In this document: positions 47,598-61,583 of the stretch, piece by piece
How positions within the stretch are numbered: position 1 is the first letter of the stretch
How the letters are laid out: every line of letters starts with the position of its first letter
Assembly: GCA_951406725.2 (NCBI GenBank)
Contig: OX597815.1
Coordinates: 10,044,001 to 10,108,000, forward strand
DNA from: Octopus vulgaris
Lineage: Eukaryota
DNA length: 64,000 bases
Reading direction: 5' to 3'
Translations under genes and position numbers: made by a program
Notes under the pieces: generated by a model
The model's input: the letters and a program-made list of their open reading frames with translations, nothing else
Database searches by the model: none
What the model was told of the DNA's origin: nothing

Positions 47598-50000
47598 ATA
47601 TATAACCAGCCAATTCCAAAAAGTAGAACCCATTGCAGCAGTAGTAGAAAAGTCGAGGTGGGGAGACTATGTACAGGGGCCAGAAGTTGAAATGTGTGGA
47701 TGAGTGGCTCTATACCAACCAACTGGATGGTTTTCACATAAAAGTAGGGATGCAGTACTCATCATCATCGTCATTTAATGTCCGTTTTCCGTGCTAGCAC
47801 GGGGTGGACGGTTCGACCGGGATCTGGGAAGCCAGGAGGCTGCATCAGGCTCCAGTCTGATCTGGCAGTGTTTCTACAGCTGGATGCCCTTCCTAACGAC
47901 AAAACCACTCCGTGAGTGTAGTGGGTGTGTTTTACGTGCCACCAGCACAGGTGCCAGTGGAAGCTGGCAGCACCCACGATCAGTTGGTGCTTTTTACATG
48001 CCAGCGGCACAGGAACATAAAGAAAAAACAAAAAAAATAATTAACTATTAATGTTGATTCCAGTAAATCTGACAAGAATTTTGTCTTTTTACATGAAACC
48101 TGGCCTCAATGGCTTCTTACTGTTTCTAAGAAAGTAATGATGATAATAGTGAAAGTATGATGATGACGACGATAATGATGATAGTAGTTTGTAATGTATC
48201 TGCCCCCCACCACTGTGATTCTCTGTTAATTACCTCTGTTAATGAACAGAGCATAACATCATTATTCCAGAATTCCATCATGTTATGTAAGATCTTCACC
48301 ATGACACATGAGAAACTTCTTGCAATGAAGCTATTTGCAACATGAATCCTCATCACTGTCAGCATCACCTCAACCCCCCCCACCACCACCATCACCACCA
48401 CTAGTAACATTACACCAAGCCTATCAATGTAGTCTTTCAACCCACAACCAACCCACCATCACCATAATCTTCATTACATTGTCAGTCCATTTCTTGATTG
48501 CAAGAACTGGAATACTTCATTCACGCAACAGAATATTTCTTGAAACTTGATGAAGAAGAAGGTTTATCGTCTGGCGGGGGACATGGCCTGAATGCCTTGC
48601 CACAGAGTGGACTGCCAAATGCAACTGAAAGCCAGATAGTGATGGTAGTATTAAGCTAAGGGACCGCCTACCACCCTAATGACAGAAGCACTGGACCCAC
48701 CCCTCTAATGAACCTCCACAGTTATCACCCACTGAATTTAACCCACAATATTTTGATCAACCCATGGTTGGTAGAAGATACTTGCCTAAGGTGCCTTGTA
48801 AAAAAAAAAGGACATATTTTCCAAACAAACTTTTGCATTAGTCATGCCTGTACTAACACTATTAGTTACTATGTCACAAAATATTGTCATATACTGGCTT
48901 ATTACCAACGTCACCTTACTGGCACCTGTGCTGGTGGCATGCATAAAAGGATTCGAGCGAGGTCGTTGCTAGTACTGCCTGACTGGCCTCCGTGCCGGTG
49001 GCATGTAAAAAGCACCCACTACACTCTTGGAGTGGTTGGCGTTAGGAAGGGCATCCAGCTATAGAAACTCTGCCAAACCAAGATTGGAGCCTGGTGCAGC
49101 CATCTGGTTCGCCAGCCCTCAGTCAAATCGTTCAACCCATGCTAGCATGGAAAGCGGACGTTAAACGATGATGACTGGCTAGTATGTGATACTCAAGATA
49201 ACAATTACTACATCATGCCCTAATTATTGTGGTACCAAGATCCTAGTTGAGGTTTTAACCGTAGCTCTCAGATTTTCTCAGTCTAAAAACCACAAACTAA
49301 TGTATTTCCATGAAAGATACATGAATACAGCTCAACCAACCAGCACCAACTGACTTATGGGTGAGGCATTAAACTTCAAAGGAAATGTGTAAGTTTTCCT
49401 GCTAAACAGTTTGGCTCATAATTCTACAAGTTTTGGGGCTGAGGGGAATAATCTACTTTAAGCAAAGATATCTCAAGTTTATACGGGTCATGTTACATTT
49501 CCCCCCAATACAGAAGACTCTTACCTCTCTTGCTTATTCAACCTCAGGCCAGAGCTACTTGTCATCTAGGAGAATATGTTGCCTGCCTCAGCAAGTTGCT
49601 GTCTCTTCCCCGCTTTTCTTATACTCGACAAAAGGCACCCACCTTAACTTGTAGTGTTGAGTAACACACATTAATTATATGCAGTAATTTAAATTCCTTG
49701 CACTACTTTCATATTATCCAGCAAGTTATATACAGAGGATACCTAACAGCTATGTTCTCTGAACTTTGTTCCAGTAATTTATTCAATGTACGTTTGCAAA
49801 TATAACAACACACATTAACAAAATATTGGAAAACTCAAACTTTAGTGTGGTCGTTACCTACACAGGCAACCTACCTCACTGTAACTGGTGTATGTAATAC
49901 ACTAGTTACTGTCAGAGACAATTTACTGTGCTGTACACTAGACATGGGTTTTTTTCATCATATTACTCCAGGGACAAGACATATTTTGTCTGGCTCAAAA

Positions 50001-50385
50001 TCTTTATATATAAAAGTGAAGTTGTGTGTCTGTCTCCTACGATTTAGATTCCTAACTACTCCCACATTTTGCGGTGCAGTTTAACCAAAAGCGGGTATCT
50101 TATAGTCGTGATTCATATCGAGCCCTTCTGGGTATTAGCATGCGTCCACAATTTTAAAAATAATTTACCATCATTTTTTTTCCATTTTAATGCATTTTTT
50201 GCTATTATATAAGGGAAGTAACTCTCTAAAAATGTCTACGATGAGTCAACGATTTAAAAAAAATTTACCATAAATTTTTTTCCATTTCTAATGCATTTTT
50301 TGCTATTTTTTGGCTATAACTCTCTAAAAATGCTTATATAGTTATTTCCCTTACAAACCCGAGCAACGCCGGGTGATACTGCTAG
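50001..50385 (+). mobile_element. Non-autonomous Helitron
   Basis: A|TC...hairpin...CTAG|T; sister of 12818-13213. Confidence 0.85.
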
Positions 50386-51873
50386 TATTCTATAAAGTAT
50401 TTGTTGCAAGCTTACATTTAGAGTCCAACTAGAGTCTTGATTAACAATGGTTCCAATTAATTAAATCAGATCATCATTGTTTAACATCCGCTTTCCATGC
50501 TAGCATGGGTTGGACGATTTTTGACTGAGGGCTGGCAAACCAGATGGCTGCACCAGGCTCCAATGTTGATTTGGCAGAGTTTCTACAGCTTGATGCCCTT
50601 CCTAACACCAACCACTCCGAGAGTGTAGTGGGTGCTTTTACGTGCCACCGGCACAGGGCCAGTCAGGCGGTACTGGCAACAACCTCGCTTGAATCTTTTA
50701 CACATGCCACCGGCGCAGGTGCCAGTAAGGCGATGCTGGTAATGATCATGCCCGAATGGTGTCTTTTACGTGCCACCGGCATGGAGGCTAGATAGCCGCT
50801 CTGGCAACGATCACGCTTGGATGATGCTCTTAATACCCTACTAGCACGGGGCTCGAGTGCTAATCTTAGGAAATCTTTATTACCTTAACTAATGAAAAGA
50901 AGCTTATGAATTCATATACAAAATGATGTGATCTATTTCCCCTACACTTTGTCTATACACATTGAGTTAAATGGAAGTTTTTCTTGTTATTTCTCTTTCT
51001 GCTTCAATGTAGCTCATGGTCTAATCAGGCCCGACACCAAACATGTTTGACTCCCCTACACAAGGCACTAGTTGCTCACCAAATTACTCCTGGGACAACA
51101 AACTATACTATCAAATTCTTTAGTATGGAGAGACAGAGCAGATTTCTTGTATGTTCATACCAACACTCACCTAATCAAAGACCAGCTTAAGCAAAAGTAC
51201 TTAGGGTTCAATCTGAACCCTAAGTAAGTAATAGGGATAAGTCTGAATAAAAAGTGTGTTGAGGGGATGTTGTAATTGTGGTAAAAAAAAAAGATTCAAT
51301 ATTAGTGTGTCGGAAGTGACTGGAGAAATGTCTTATAGGGTGGATGTAAAGAGAAATTTACAGAGATAACAAAATCTGAGACCAATTTGAATAAAGGATG
51401 TGGAGAGATAGCAGGAGAAAGGTGGAGGAGAAATATAGCTGATGGCAAATTAGTGAAGACACTTGAGTTGTTAATGTAGCCACCATATGAACTTCCTCTC
51501 AAACTGTCTCTTATCTTTGAAAGCCACGTCACAGTCTCACATTAGGAAACTGAAGGATAGCAGCTGAAGCAAACTCACAATATGCATAGAGAGGATGGTC
51601 CTGTTAAGAGCATCAATTGTAGAAGCTCCCACAAAACCTGGTACGTATACGTAAATGTAGTTTCTGGAGACAGAAAGGGATTACTCTCAAAGCCCAACTC
51701 CAACTTCAGCTCTACACAAAAAAGCACAATAGGAAAAAGCTGGAATAAATTTTTACTCAAATCAATCATTTCTTCATTATCACTACTTCATCATTGCTAC
51801 TGCTATCACCGTGACTATCCTCCTCCTCCTCCTCCTCCTCCTCCTCCTCCTCATTATCATTATTATTATTATT

Positions 51874-52429
51874 GAGTGAGAGAGCAGTGCATGCCATCAA
51901 AGTGACACTGGGGTCAAATATACGAAGCCCAATATACCCATCATGACTACCCGTCTGATAAGGGTACACCAAGCACATGCATCACAACCATATGTGCGTG
52001 ACATAATGATCTCATATCACGATAAACAGCACATGACCTTGCAGGTGGGGGCCCAGTTAGAATTTTCTTCTGGTCAAGTAATCCATCTCGCTCAAGAGGT
52101 TCCTGAATAAGGGTTGTTTAAGGATGTTGAATGAAACACCCATATTTCCAGAGGTGAATTATTCAAACCCAAAGAACCCTTCTCAACACATGGCTATCAT
52201 GCTCCCCAACTACTTCTGCTCGTGATCAGAGATGCACACATATCGTCAGCCACTAAGGAACATGCTCAACTGGTTAAGGTCAAACAACTGACAAGCAAAT
52301 CTGTGGTATTGAGCAGAATATTTACTGTAGCCCATCTTTTATACCAAGACAAAACAATGCACATAATAATACTTCCAATCAGTTAAGATTAGAAGCCATG
52401 AGAGCCACTGCCTGGTACTGCATCAGGGC

Positions 52430-52430
<1 letters not shown>
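51874..52430. mobile_element. Probable interspersed element bounded on both sides by (ATT)n
   Basis: Complex segment of about 560 bp with sharp boundaries into (TAT)n runs; single copy in this window. Confidence 0.4.
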
Positions 52431-52465
<35 letters not shown>

Positions 52466-52682
52466 CATTATTATTGTTTCACCTTCTTGTTCTCACAGCC
52501 AACAAGCAAGTTGGTTGTGTCTGAAGTAAACTTTCCTTGGCATACTTCCAAACAGCCTTATTTCCAACAGAAATCCTGTATTCAGCTGCCTCCCTGCTTC
52601 GTTGAACAGAGCTATATCTTCCAAGCTCTGTGTGTGTGTGTGTGTGTGCATGCGCGCATGTACGTGTGTGTGCATGCGCGCA

Positions 52683-52719
<37 letters not shown>

Positions 52720-53277
52720 AAGAAAGAGAAAGACTAAACGCCTGGACTTGAAAGTCGCATGGACAAATATTCATTCAGCGTGCTTTACACATGTTAGACG
52801 CAAAGCATTTATTAGAAATTAATAAGATTGCTATTGTTGTTGATGATGATGAATACTGCTTCACATATGCTAGGTGCTCAGATATTTATCAGAAAAGAAG
52901 AAAGACTTGTTTATGTTTTCGATGATGATGATGACTACTTTTCACTGAACAGACAAGTGGAAGAAATTCAGCGCTTCATTGCCTGTGCCATAATAGTGGC
53001 ATTAAACCTTGACTGTGTCACAATGACACTGTTAAAAAGCCACTGAAATCAAACCAAATATCAGAAATAAATAACCTTAACAGATTCACTGAGGAAAAAT
53101 CAAGTTCCAAAAATATATTTACCACAAATACATAAATTAAGTTACGTTCAAATAAATTTGAAAAGAAAAAACCAAACAATAATAATTACCAGACAGTAAA
53201 AAGAAAAAAAAAATGGTATGTATATATGTATGTATATATAAACAACTTAAAAATCTAAGCGTGAGTGTCAAACTGAC

Positions 53278-53358
53278 CTACAATGATAAGTTACCAAATT
53301 ATTGGTAGACAGATTCTGACGTTTGAGGAGCGAAGCGATGGAGAAGGCCAGGCTGAAT
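53278..53358 (-). CDS. Tentative upstream FNIP exon
   Basis: cttgtctgtctag|81 nt|gtcagt, phase 2 to 2, open frame FSLAFSIASLLKRQNLSTNNLVTYHC(R). Phase-compatible with the 37413 acceptor, but no recognisable homology. Confidence 0.3.
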
Positions 53359-53444
53359 CTAGACAGACAAGACAGTGATACCAAGGGTCTTCTATTGAAA
53401 TTACTCCAATCAATACACCATTAAATTAGCCTCTCAGACTGATA

Positions 53445-53765
53445 TGAGGATGATGATGATGATGATGATGATAATAACAATGATGAAGATTTCTTTAATA
53501 ATAATAATAATAATAACAATAATAATAATAATAACTATTATTATTATTATTATTGTTATTATATTATTGTTATTGTTATTATATTATTATTGTTATTATA
53601 TTATTGTTATATTATTGTTATTATGTTATTATTATTGTTATTATATTATTGTTATTATATTATTATTATATTATTATTATTATATTATTATTATATTATT
53701 GTTATTATATTATTATTATTATTATATTATTATCATTATTATTATTATTATCATCATCATCATAG
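53445..53765. repeat. (GAT)n/(AAT)n/(TAT,TGT)n compound microsatellite
   Basis: Direct inspection. Confidence 0.95.
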
Positions 53766-54675
53766 CTACATAATTCTGGAGAAGTAGAAGAGAGAGATTC
53801 CTCTTTTGTGTGTTTTTTTTTATAGTTATTTTGTATTGTTTTGGCAATCAGCTACACCTGGCTGCCCCCCCCCCCCCGCCGCCCCACCTTCACCAGTCTA
53901 CCTTCCTCCACGGCCTACCATTCCATCAATGTTAACTATTCCACATGCAGCATGTTTCTTTCTTCCACCGTCTTATTTCCTTCCAACTGCATGCCTGCTA
54001 CTTCAGATGTCTTATAAACACACACACACACACACACAGACATGCATACGCATGCATGCATCTCTTCGATGCCAGCTATATCTAGCCAGAGAAAGAGAGA
54101 CAGACAGAGAGAGAGAGAGACAAAGAGAGACAGAGAAAGACAGAGTCCTTAGATTCAGTCTATTGTGCAACGAATCAAGTGGAAAAAACTAACGTTTGCA
54201 CTAGACAAACAGTTGTTACATACCAATACATTTTAGTGTTAGTCATGAATCACAAATGATGATAATGATAATGGTAATGGTTGGTAGTGGTCATGGTGGG
54301 AGCAAGGTCACTACTTATATATTTCTATGGAAAGGGGAAAAGGATGATGGAGATGAATTGATGAACGTTACTGTTGCAGGTTAGACTACAGAATAGGTAG
54401 AAAGGATGCGGAGAGGCTGCAGTGATGGGGATGTTCTGTGCAGATGATGCAGTTGCAGGGACAGTGATTGAGGCGGGGGCATGGGGCAGGAGGAGGGGGT
54501 AGAGACAAGGTCTATGGGAGTCAATAGGAATGACGGAGGTGAAAATGGATAGTGTATCACATAACTCAAGATCTGTCAATTAAAACATACATATTCATGT
54601 GTATATGGACATGTGTGTATGAATATATATATACATATATATATATGTGTATATGAAAGTACATATATATATATT

Positions 54676-55078
54676 ACTCTTTGCTCTTTTACTTGTTTCA
54701 GTCATTTGACTGCGGCCATGCTGGAGCACCGCCTTTAGTCGAGCAAATCGACCCCCGGGACTTATTCTTTTTGTAAGCCCAGTACTTATATTCTATCGGT
54801 CTCTTTTTGCCGAACCGCTAAGTGACGGAGACGTAAACACACCAGCATCGGTTGTCAAGTAATGCTAAGGGGGACAAACACAGACACACAAACACACACA
54901 TATATACATATACATATATACGACAGGCTTCTTTCAGTTTCCGTCTACCAAATCTACTCACAAGGCATTGGTTGGCCCGGGGCTATAGCAGAAGACACTT
55001 GCCCAAGATGCCACGCAGTGGGACTGAACCCGGAACCATGTGGTTGATTAGCAAGCTACTTACCACACAGCCACTCCT
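54676..55078 (-). mobile_element. SINE family A, full length
   Basis: As other A copies. Confidence 0.92.
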
Positions 55079-55469
55079 ATATTATATAGATATAATATAT
55101 AAATAATCAGAAAATGGAGAAAACCTCAGATTAACAAACACATCGATTGGGCCACACTTATAACATGTTTTTTAATACAACGCATGACATAACAAATAGG
55201 TGACATAACGTATCTTAAGGCTGTTTCCGATCCGTTGCCAAAATGCTGTCTATAAATAAATGCAAGAATAAAGTTCTTCATCTTCATAGGACATTCGAAT
55301 TAAGGCACGGAGCTTCATCAGAGTAAAAAAACAAGAGCATACAATATAAAACAAAGGGAAAAAGGGAAAGGAAGGAAAACATGGCCTAAAAAAAAAGTCT
55401 AGAAGCCCAGTTTGTTAAAAACATATAATCTACCATCTCAGGGCTACGAGGTCTGTAGGTAAAAGAGAG

Positions 55470-55654
55470 TGTATATATGTGTGTGTATATATATATACAC
55501 ACATACATATATATACATATTCATACATATACACATATATATACATACACACGCACACACACACATATATATACACATATATACATATACTCATATACAT
55601 ACATATACACACACACACATACATATATACACACACACACACACACACATATAC

Positions 55655-55687
<33 letters not shown>

Positions 55688-55706
55688 TACACATATACAC
55701 ACACAC
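55470..55706. repeat. (TA/CA)n compound microsatellite
   Basis: Direct inspection. Confidence 0.95.
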
Positions 55707-55994
55707 CATAACACATCCCAGTTTTTAGCTTAGAATAGATACACTACATCCCAGCATGATGTAAGAGATAACTAGAAGGGCTAAGCACCAGGAAGGGCAT
55801 TTGAGTGTGAAACACTGCCTTAAAATTTTACATGTGTTAGCATGGCAAACTTAAAAGAAAAATAATGATGAAGATACATAAATATATAGAAATACACACA
55901 TTATAAGCTTATTATACATACTTGTAGAAACACCACTCTCCCGGTGGTTTTCCTTTAGTTATCATTATAAGCACGTACATTATGTAACATTTAT

Positions 55995-56140
55995 ATAGCT
56001 ATGGTACGACCTCACCTGGAATTTGCATCACCGGTCTGGAACCCCTATCTTGCCCAGGATATTAATCGCCTGGAAGCCGTTCAGCAACGTGCAACCAAGA
56101 GAATACCCTCCATCAGACATTTGCCATATTCTGAATGCCT
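55995..56140 (+). mobile_element. CR1-clade RT fragment, followed by a SINE B fragment (about 56148-56258, minus)
   Basis: MVRPHLEFASPVWNPYLAQDINRLEAVQQRATKRIP matches the CR1 VRPHLEY...W.P....D...LE.VQRRATK motif. Confidence 0.9.
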
Positions 56141-57089
56141 TACAAAGACAGACAAAAGGATTAAGCTGATTACATTGACTCCAGTGTGAAACTGGTACTT
56201 TATTTATCGACCCCGAAAGGATGAAAGGCAAAGTCGACCTCGGCGGAATTTGAACTCATACACACATACATACGTGTGTATTTGTATGTGTGGATCGAGT
56301 GTATGCATACATGGTTTGAAATTTAATTCCACAGCATGGCACCTTCGGTCAGTGTCTTCTACTGTAACCTCAAGCTGGACGAAGCCTTGGGAGTGGCCGG
56401 AAACTGCAAAACAGTACGTTGTTGTGTGTGTGTGAGAGAGAGAGAGAGAAGCAGAGACAGGCAGACAGAGTGTGTCTGTTTTCAGTAAATGCTTTTACCA
56501 GCAGTTACACCTTGCTCTGATGAATATCTATCCCTTTAAAAAAAAGAAAAAAAGAGAAGTTATTGGATAATGTAATGCTAGATAGAGCATGTCTGAACAA
56601 AAGATAATATATAAGAGCTTCTTAACACACATGACCATTGGCCTGTTTCACGAAGAAGACTAAACGTTTTATTATCATCAGTATTATCAGGTTACATAGG
56701 AAATACCAAAGATAACCTTGGGCAGATTCAAAGTTGTGTCTCTAACTAGAAACAGTCAGCAACATCAGTGACTGGGTCGCACTCGGGGACCACCTTGTTG
56801 GGATAAAAATAGCAGCATCAGAACAAAGCAGTGATTAGGAGTAAATATACTTTAGCAAGTTAAAATCTGTCTGACGCATCCCAACTTCTAGAGGCAAATT
56901 CACTGCAGTTATTGTAGAGAATACGTTCTCTCCTATGGTAAAAGACGCAACGTATCTGGGGATCCAATAGGGGGAAGCACCGCGTAGACAGTGTTTTTGC
57001 ACCTTTCACCATCAGAGAGGATATTTTCTCCATGGTAATTACAATGAGCTTGCCATTAGAAGTTGGGAGATGTCACAAACATATTCAAC

Positions 57090-57456
57090 TGAGAGGGAGA
57101 GAGAGAGAGAGAGAGTGAAAGAGATGAGGGGAGAGAGGGGAGAGAGAGTGAAAGAGATGAGGGGAGAGAGGGGAGAGAGAGTGAGAGAGGGGAGAGAGAG
57201 TGAGAGAGGGGAGAGAGAGTGAGAGAGATAAGGAGAGAGGGGAAAGGGAGGGAGAGAGAGTGAGAGAGATAGGGAGTGAGAGAAGGAGAGAGATAGGGAG
57301 TGAGAGAAGGAGAGAGAGAGGTGAGAGTGAGAGAGGGATAGAGAGAGAGTAAGAGAGATAAGGAGAGAGGGAGGGATGGAGAGAGAGAGATAGAAGGGAT
57401 AGAGAGAGAGAAGGAGAGAGAGAGTGTGTGTGTTGTATGTGTGTGTGTGTGTGTGT
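57090..57456. repeat. Polypurine (GA)-rich tract followed by (GT)n
   Basis: About 330 bp of almost pure purine on the plus strand. Confidence 0.95.
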
Positions 57457-58147
57457 GATTTTTTTATGTCTGCTTTCTATGCTGGCATGAATTGTACGGG
57501 CTATCATAGTTATTTCATATTCTGGAGTGCTTGTCCTAGACAGGTTGGAGAACCTTGTCTCTTTCAGTTTGTTCCATTTTGAACATGGTTTCTCTAGTTT
57601 GGTGCCTTTCCAAATGCCTGCCACTACAGACCACACAGTACATATTATTGTGACGCAAATACGAGAGATACCACTTTGTCTCATGACTTGACTTAAGAGT
57701 CCTTGTCTGCTCTCCACAGTTTCCATACTTTCGAGGCAAAGCGTGAATAGAAGAGGAGTGGTAACCGAAAGTGTGAAAGTGGAGGAAAAGAATGTATGAG
57801 AGAGAGAGAGAGAGAGAAAAGTAGGTGAGGTAGAGAGAGTGAAAGTGACATGTTAATAGGAGACAGAAAAAGAAAGTATGCAATATGTGTTTACGCTTGG
57901 CTGCTTCTCCATATATTTTAACCAACAGTTCAGCAAGGGCGTACTACACTTACTTTCCTTAATTCATCACCGTCATAACAACAACATTAACCATTAACTC
58001 TTGCCTACATTTGAATTTGCAATATAAAAAGACATAACTTGAAGACCACAAGGTATCTTGTTTAGCTCCCTGCCAATTTTGCCCTTTACTGATTTAGATA
58101 TGAATATCATCACACTTAATTCTTGAGGCATATCTCATAATTTGTCA

Positions 58148-58518
58148 TCTTTATATATATAAATGGCAAAATATCTGTGTGTGTGTGTGTGTTCTTTATA
58201 CACATCCACAATTTTTCAGTTAGAGGGCTCACACTTTCTATGGTCATTCAAAACCGTCCAAGGGTGGTCGTGCACATCTTTACATTTCCCCAGTCACCCC
58301 ACAAAGCCATTAAAAAAATCAATAGAAGTGACTTTTTTGTGAATTTTCTATCCAAAACCCAATCAAAATGCCCGAAACTTGATACGTCAATTGAATGCCA
58401 GCTAGCTGTATGTGATTGGTCGGAGATTTGGACAGTAATCGCGTGTATGTGCGCATGAACGCAGCTGAATATGCATGCACTAGCACGATGACCCAGCAAC
58501 GCCGGGTCCTAGTGCTAG
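58148..58518 (+). mobile_element. Non-autonomous Helitron
   Basis: A|TCTTTATATATATAAA ... ACTAGCACGATGACCCAGCAACGCCGGGTCCTAGTGCTAG|T. Confidence 0.85.
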
Positions 58519-58984
58519 TGAAATATCATGTGATCAGTCTAAGTCTGGTAAAAGTCTGTCGCAAATGGTGCTCCATTGCAGTTAGTCAGAAAAATAATAA
58601 TAATAAAGATTGGCGGGGAGGAGACAGGTAGAGCATGTTTGTGTGAGAGGAAGATTGTGTACGTGATTGAAAAGGAGGAACTGAATAATGAGTAAATGCG
58701 TGTAAGCGAGCATGTATATGCACAAAGGACTGTGTGTGCATGAAAGAGCAACTAAAGGGGAAAGTGTAAGAAAATGAGTGGTTGAATGTGAGAGCAAGTA
58801 TATATATATATATATATGAGTGTGAAAATGTGTACAAGAGAGCATGGGCGTGTTGTGTGTAACATAAAAGAGACAGATTATGCATATGAGAGAAAGTGTA
58901 TAATATAAAGTGAATGTAAGTGCATGTGTATGAGAAGGCGCGTCAGTATGTGTGAAGAAAGAAGTTGAACAAGTCAATACATGT

Positions 58985-58986
<2 letters not shown>

Positions 58987-59037
<51 letters not shown>
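58987..59037. repeat. (GA)n microsatellite
   Basis: Perfect dinucleotide run. Confidence 0.97.
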
Positions 59038-59039
<2 letters not shown>

Positions 59040-61239
59040 TTTCATTTCACCAGACCTAGTTAATGAAAGACATGACATCAATTAGTAGAGAATTATTTAG
59101 AACTTGGTGGAAGTTGGTCCTGGTTAGTGTAAAGACTATTTACACCGCCAGTGAACTGGTAATTGGTCAATATACCAAGTGGTAACACATGGCGAGGGCG
59201 TAGATGGGTGTAGGCAAGTGGAAAGACATATACAATAATTTCAAAGACTTAACAGAAATCATAGAAGTTACAGACATTCTTATAATATCTGAAGAACTAA
59301 TTAAGAGAGCTGAGTAATTAAAATATACATTAGTGTAAGATGATTTTATTAAGTTCAAGTAATGTCCACACAAACTAGTTTTACTTGACAGAATTCAATA
59401 CTGAAATTATATTTGATTCTTCCACTTCTTTTTATCATCATCATCATCAACATCATCATCGTTTAACGTCCGTTTTCCATGCTAGCATGGGTTGGACGGT
59501 TCGACTGGGGTCTGGGAAGCCAGGAGGCTGCACCAGGCTCCAGTCTGATCTGACAGTGTTTCTACAGCTGAATGCCTTTCCTAATGCCAACCACTCCGAG
59601 AGTGTAGTGGGTGCTTTTTACGTGCCACCGGCACAGGTGCCAGGGGAGGCTGGCAGCAGCCACGATCGGTTGGTCCTTTTTACATTCCACCGGCACAGAT
59701 GCCAGTCAAGGCGGCGCTGGCATTGGCCACGTTTGGATGGTGCTTTTTATTATTATTATTATTATTATCATCATTACCATTTTACTGTGCCAGATGAAAT
59801 GCTTAGCGGCATTTTGTCCATCTTTATGTTCTAAGTTCAAATTCTGCCATGGTCGACTTCACCTTTCATCCTATCGGATTTGATAAAATAAATACCAGTT
59901 GAGCACTGAGGTTGATGTGATTAAACCATGCCCTCTCTTGAAATTGCTGGCTTTGTGCCAAAATTTGAAACTGTTATTATCATTATTGTTATCAATAACC
60001 CATTCTGCTATAGGAACAAGGCTTGAAATTTTGGGGGAAGGAACTAGTCATTTACATCAACCCCCAGCGCTCAACTGGTACTTGTTTTATTGACCACAAA
60101 AGGATGAAAGGCAAAGTCAACCTCAGCAGAATCTGAGATTATAAAAAAAAAAAATAATAATAATGGTTTCAAATTTGGTACAAGGTCAACAATTTTAGGG
60201 GAAGCAATTAGTTGGTTATTTTGATCCCAGTGCTTAACTGGTCCCTTATTTTATCAATCCTGAATGAATGTTTCTTCTTTTAACCCTATAGCATTTCAAC
60301 TGGCCATATCCGGCCTAAATATTCTACAAGCTTTAAGTTTAAACCACCAGGATCTGACCTCTCACTACAATGTAATTCTGAAAAGAAACAATCGCATCAT
60401 TTGGAATCATGAAGCTACAAGATAATACATGATTAATTCAAAACAATTAAATTAAATAAGCATAACATTTGATAAAGCAATCTGAATGCTAAAGGGCGAA
60501 TGAAGAAAATGGAAGTTTTAACCCCAACAAGTCGGTGATGTCTAGACAAAGAATTAATAGTTCCTATTAAGTTATGCATAACCTAAACAGATCTAACAAT
60601 ACGGTCTTCAGTGACGTGACAGCATTGCTAATAACTTGTTGCATTGCCTCGGAGACTAGGATGAAATTAGTCACAATGGTCACGTTTCCTATCAACGGTC
60701 ACAGATTGATTATGGATATTGTGGCAGCAAGCCCAGACAGGTTTCCTTCGGGGGCTGAGGGCCATGAGTACACACACTCACACAAGTATATGAAAACAAA
60801 CACTAAAAAGAAACTGAGACACAGTAGTAAGAAGAAGTGTCCTCCCCCAATCCATATTGCAACAGAGAAAACATTATTTCCATTTGACATAGTCTGTCTG
60901 ACCTGACAAAAAATATTTTAATTGTTGAGTTGAAAGTAACCTGTGAAGATAATAAGGTATATGAAAGGCGGAGCCTAATAGCAATGTATCATGCTTCCAA
61001 GTAAGGTAAGATGTTGCCATGCCCAACCACGTGGACATGGAAGAGAGGAATGATTTTAGAGGAGAGATCTATCACCACACTCACGGAGTGGTTGGCGTTA
61101 GGAAGGGCATCCCGCTGTAGAAACACCCCCAAATCAGACTAGAGCCTGGTGTAGCCTCCATGGCTTACCAGACCCCGGTCGAACCGTCCAACCCATGCTA
61201 GCATGGAAAACGGACGTTAAACGATAATTTCTTTTTTTT

Positions 61240-61583
61240 TTTTTTACTTGTTTCAGTCATTTGACTGCGGCCATGCTGGAGTACCGCCTTTAATCGAGCA
61301 ACTCGACCCTGGGACTTATTCTTTGTAAGCCCAGTACTTATTCTATCAGTCTCTCTGGCCGAACCGCTAAGTGACGGGGACATAAACACACCAGCATAGG
61401 TTGTCAAGCAATGCTAGGGGGACAAACACAAACATACACGCACACACACATATACATATATATACATATATACGACGGGCTTCTTTCAGTTTCTGTCTAC
61501 CAAATCCACTCACAAGACTTTGGTTGGCCCGAGGCAATAGTAGAAGACACTTGCCCAAGGTGCCATGCAGTGGGACTGAACCC
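61240..61583 (-). mobile_element. SINE family A (another copy at 61881-62236)
   Basis: As other A copies; head truncated. Confidence 0.88.

Noticed and set aside
57085-57726. Longest ORF (213 aa, METVESRQGLL...) as a gene or FNIP first exon
   Set aside because: More than half is (TC)n/(AC)n low complexity, there is no recognisable domain, and I found no good phase-2 donor to join the downstream exons.
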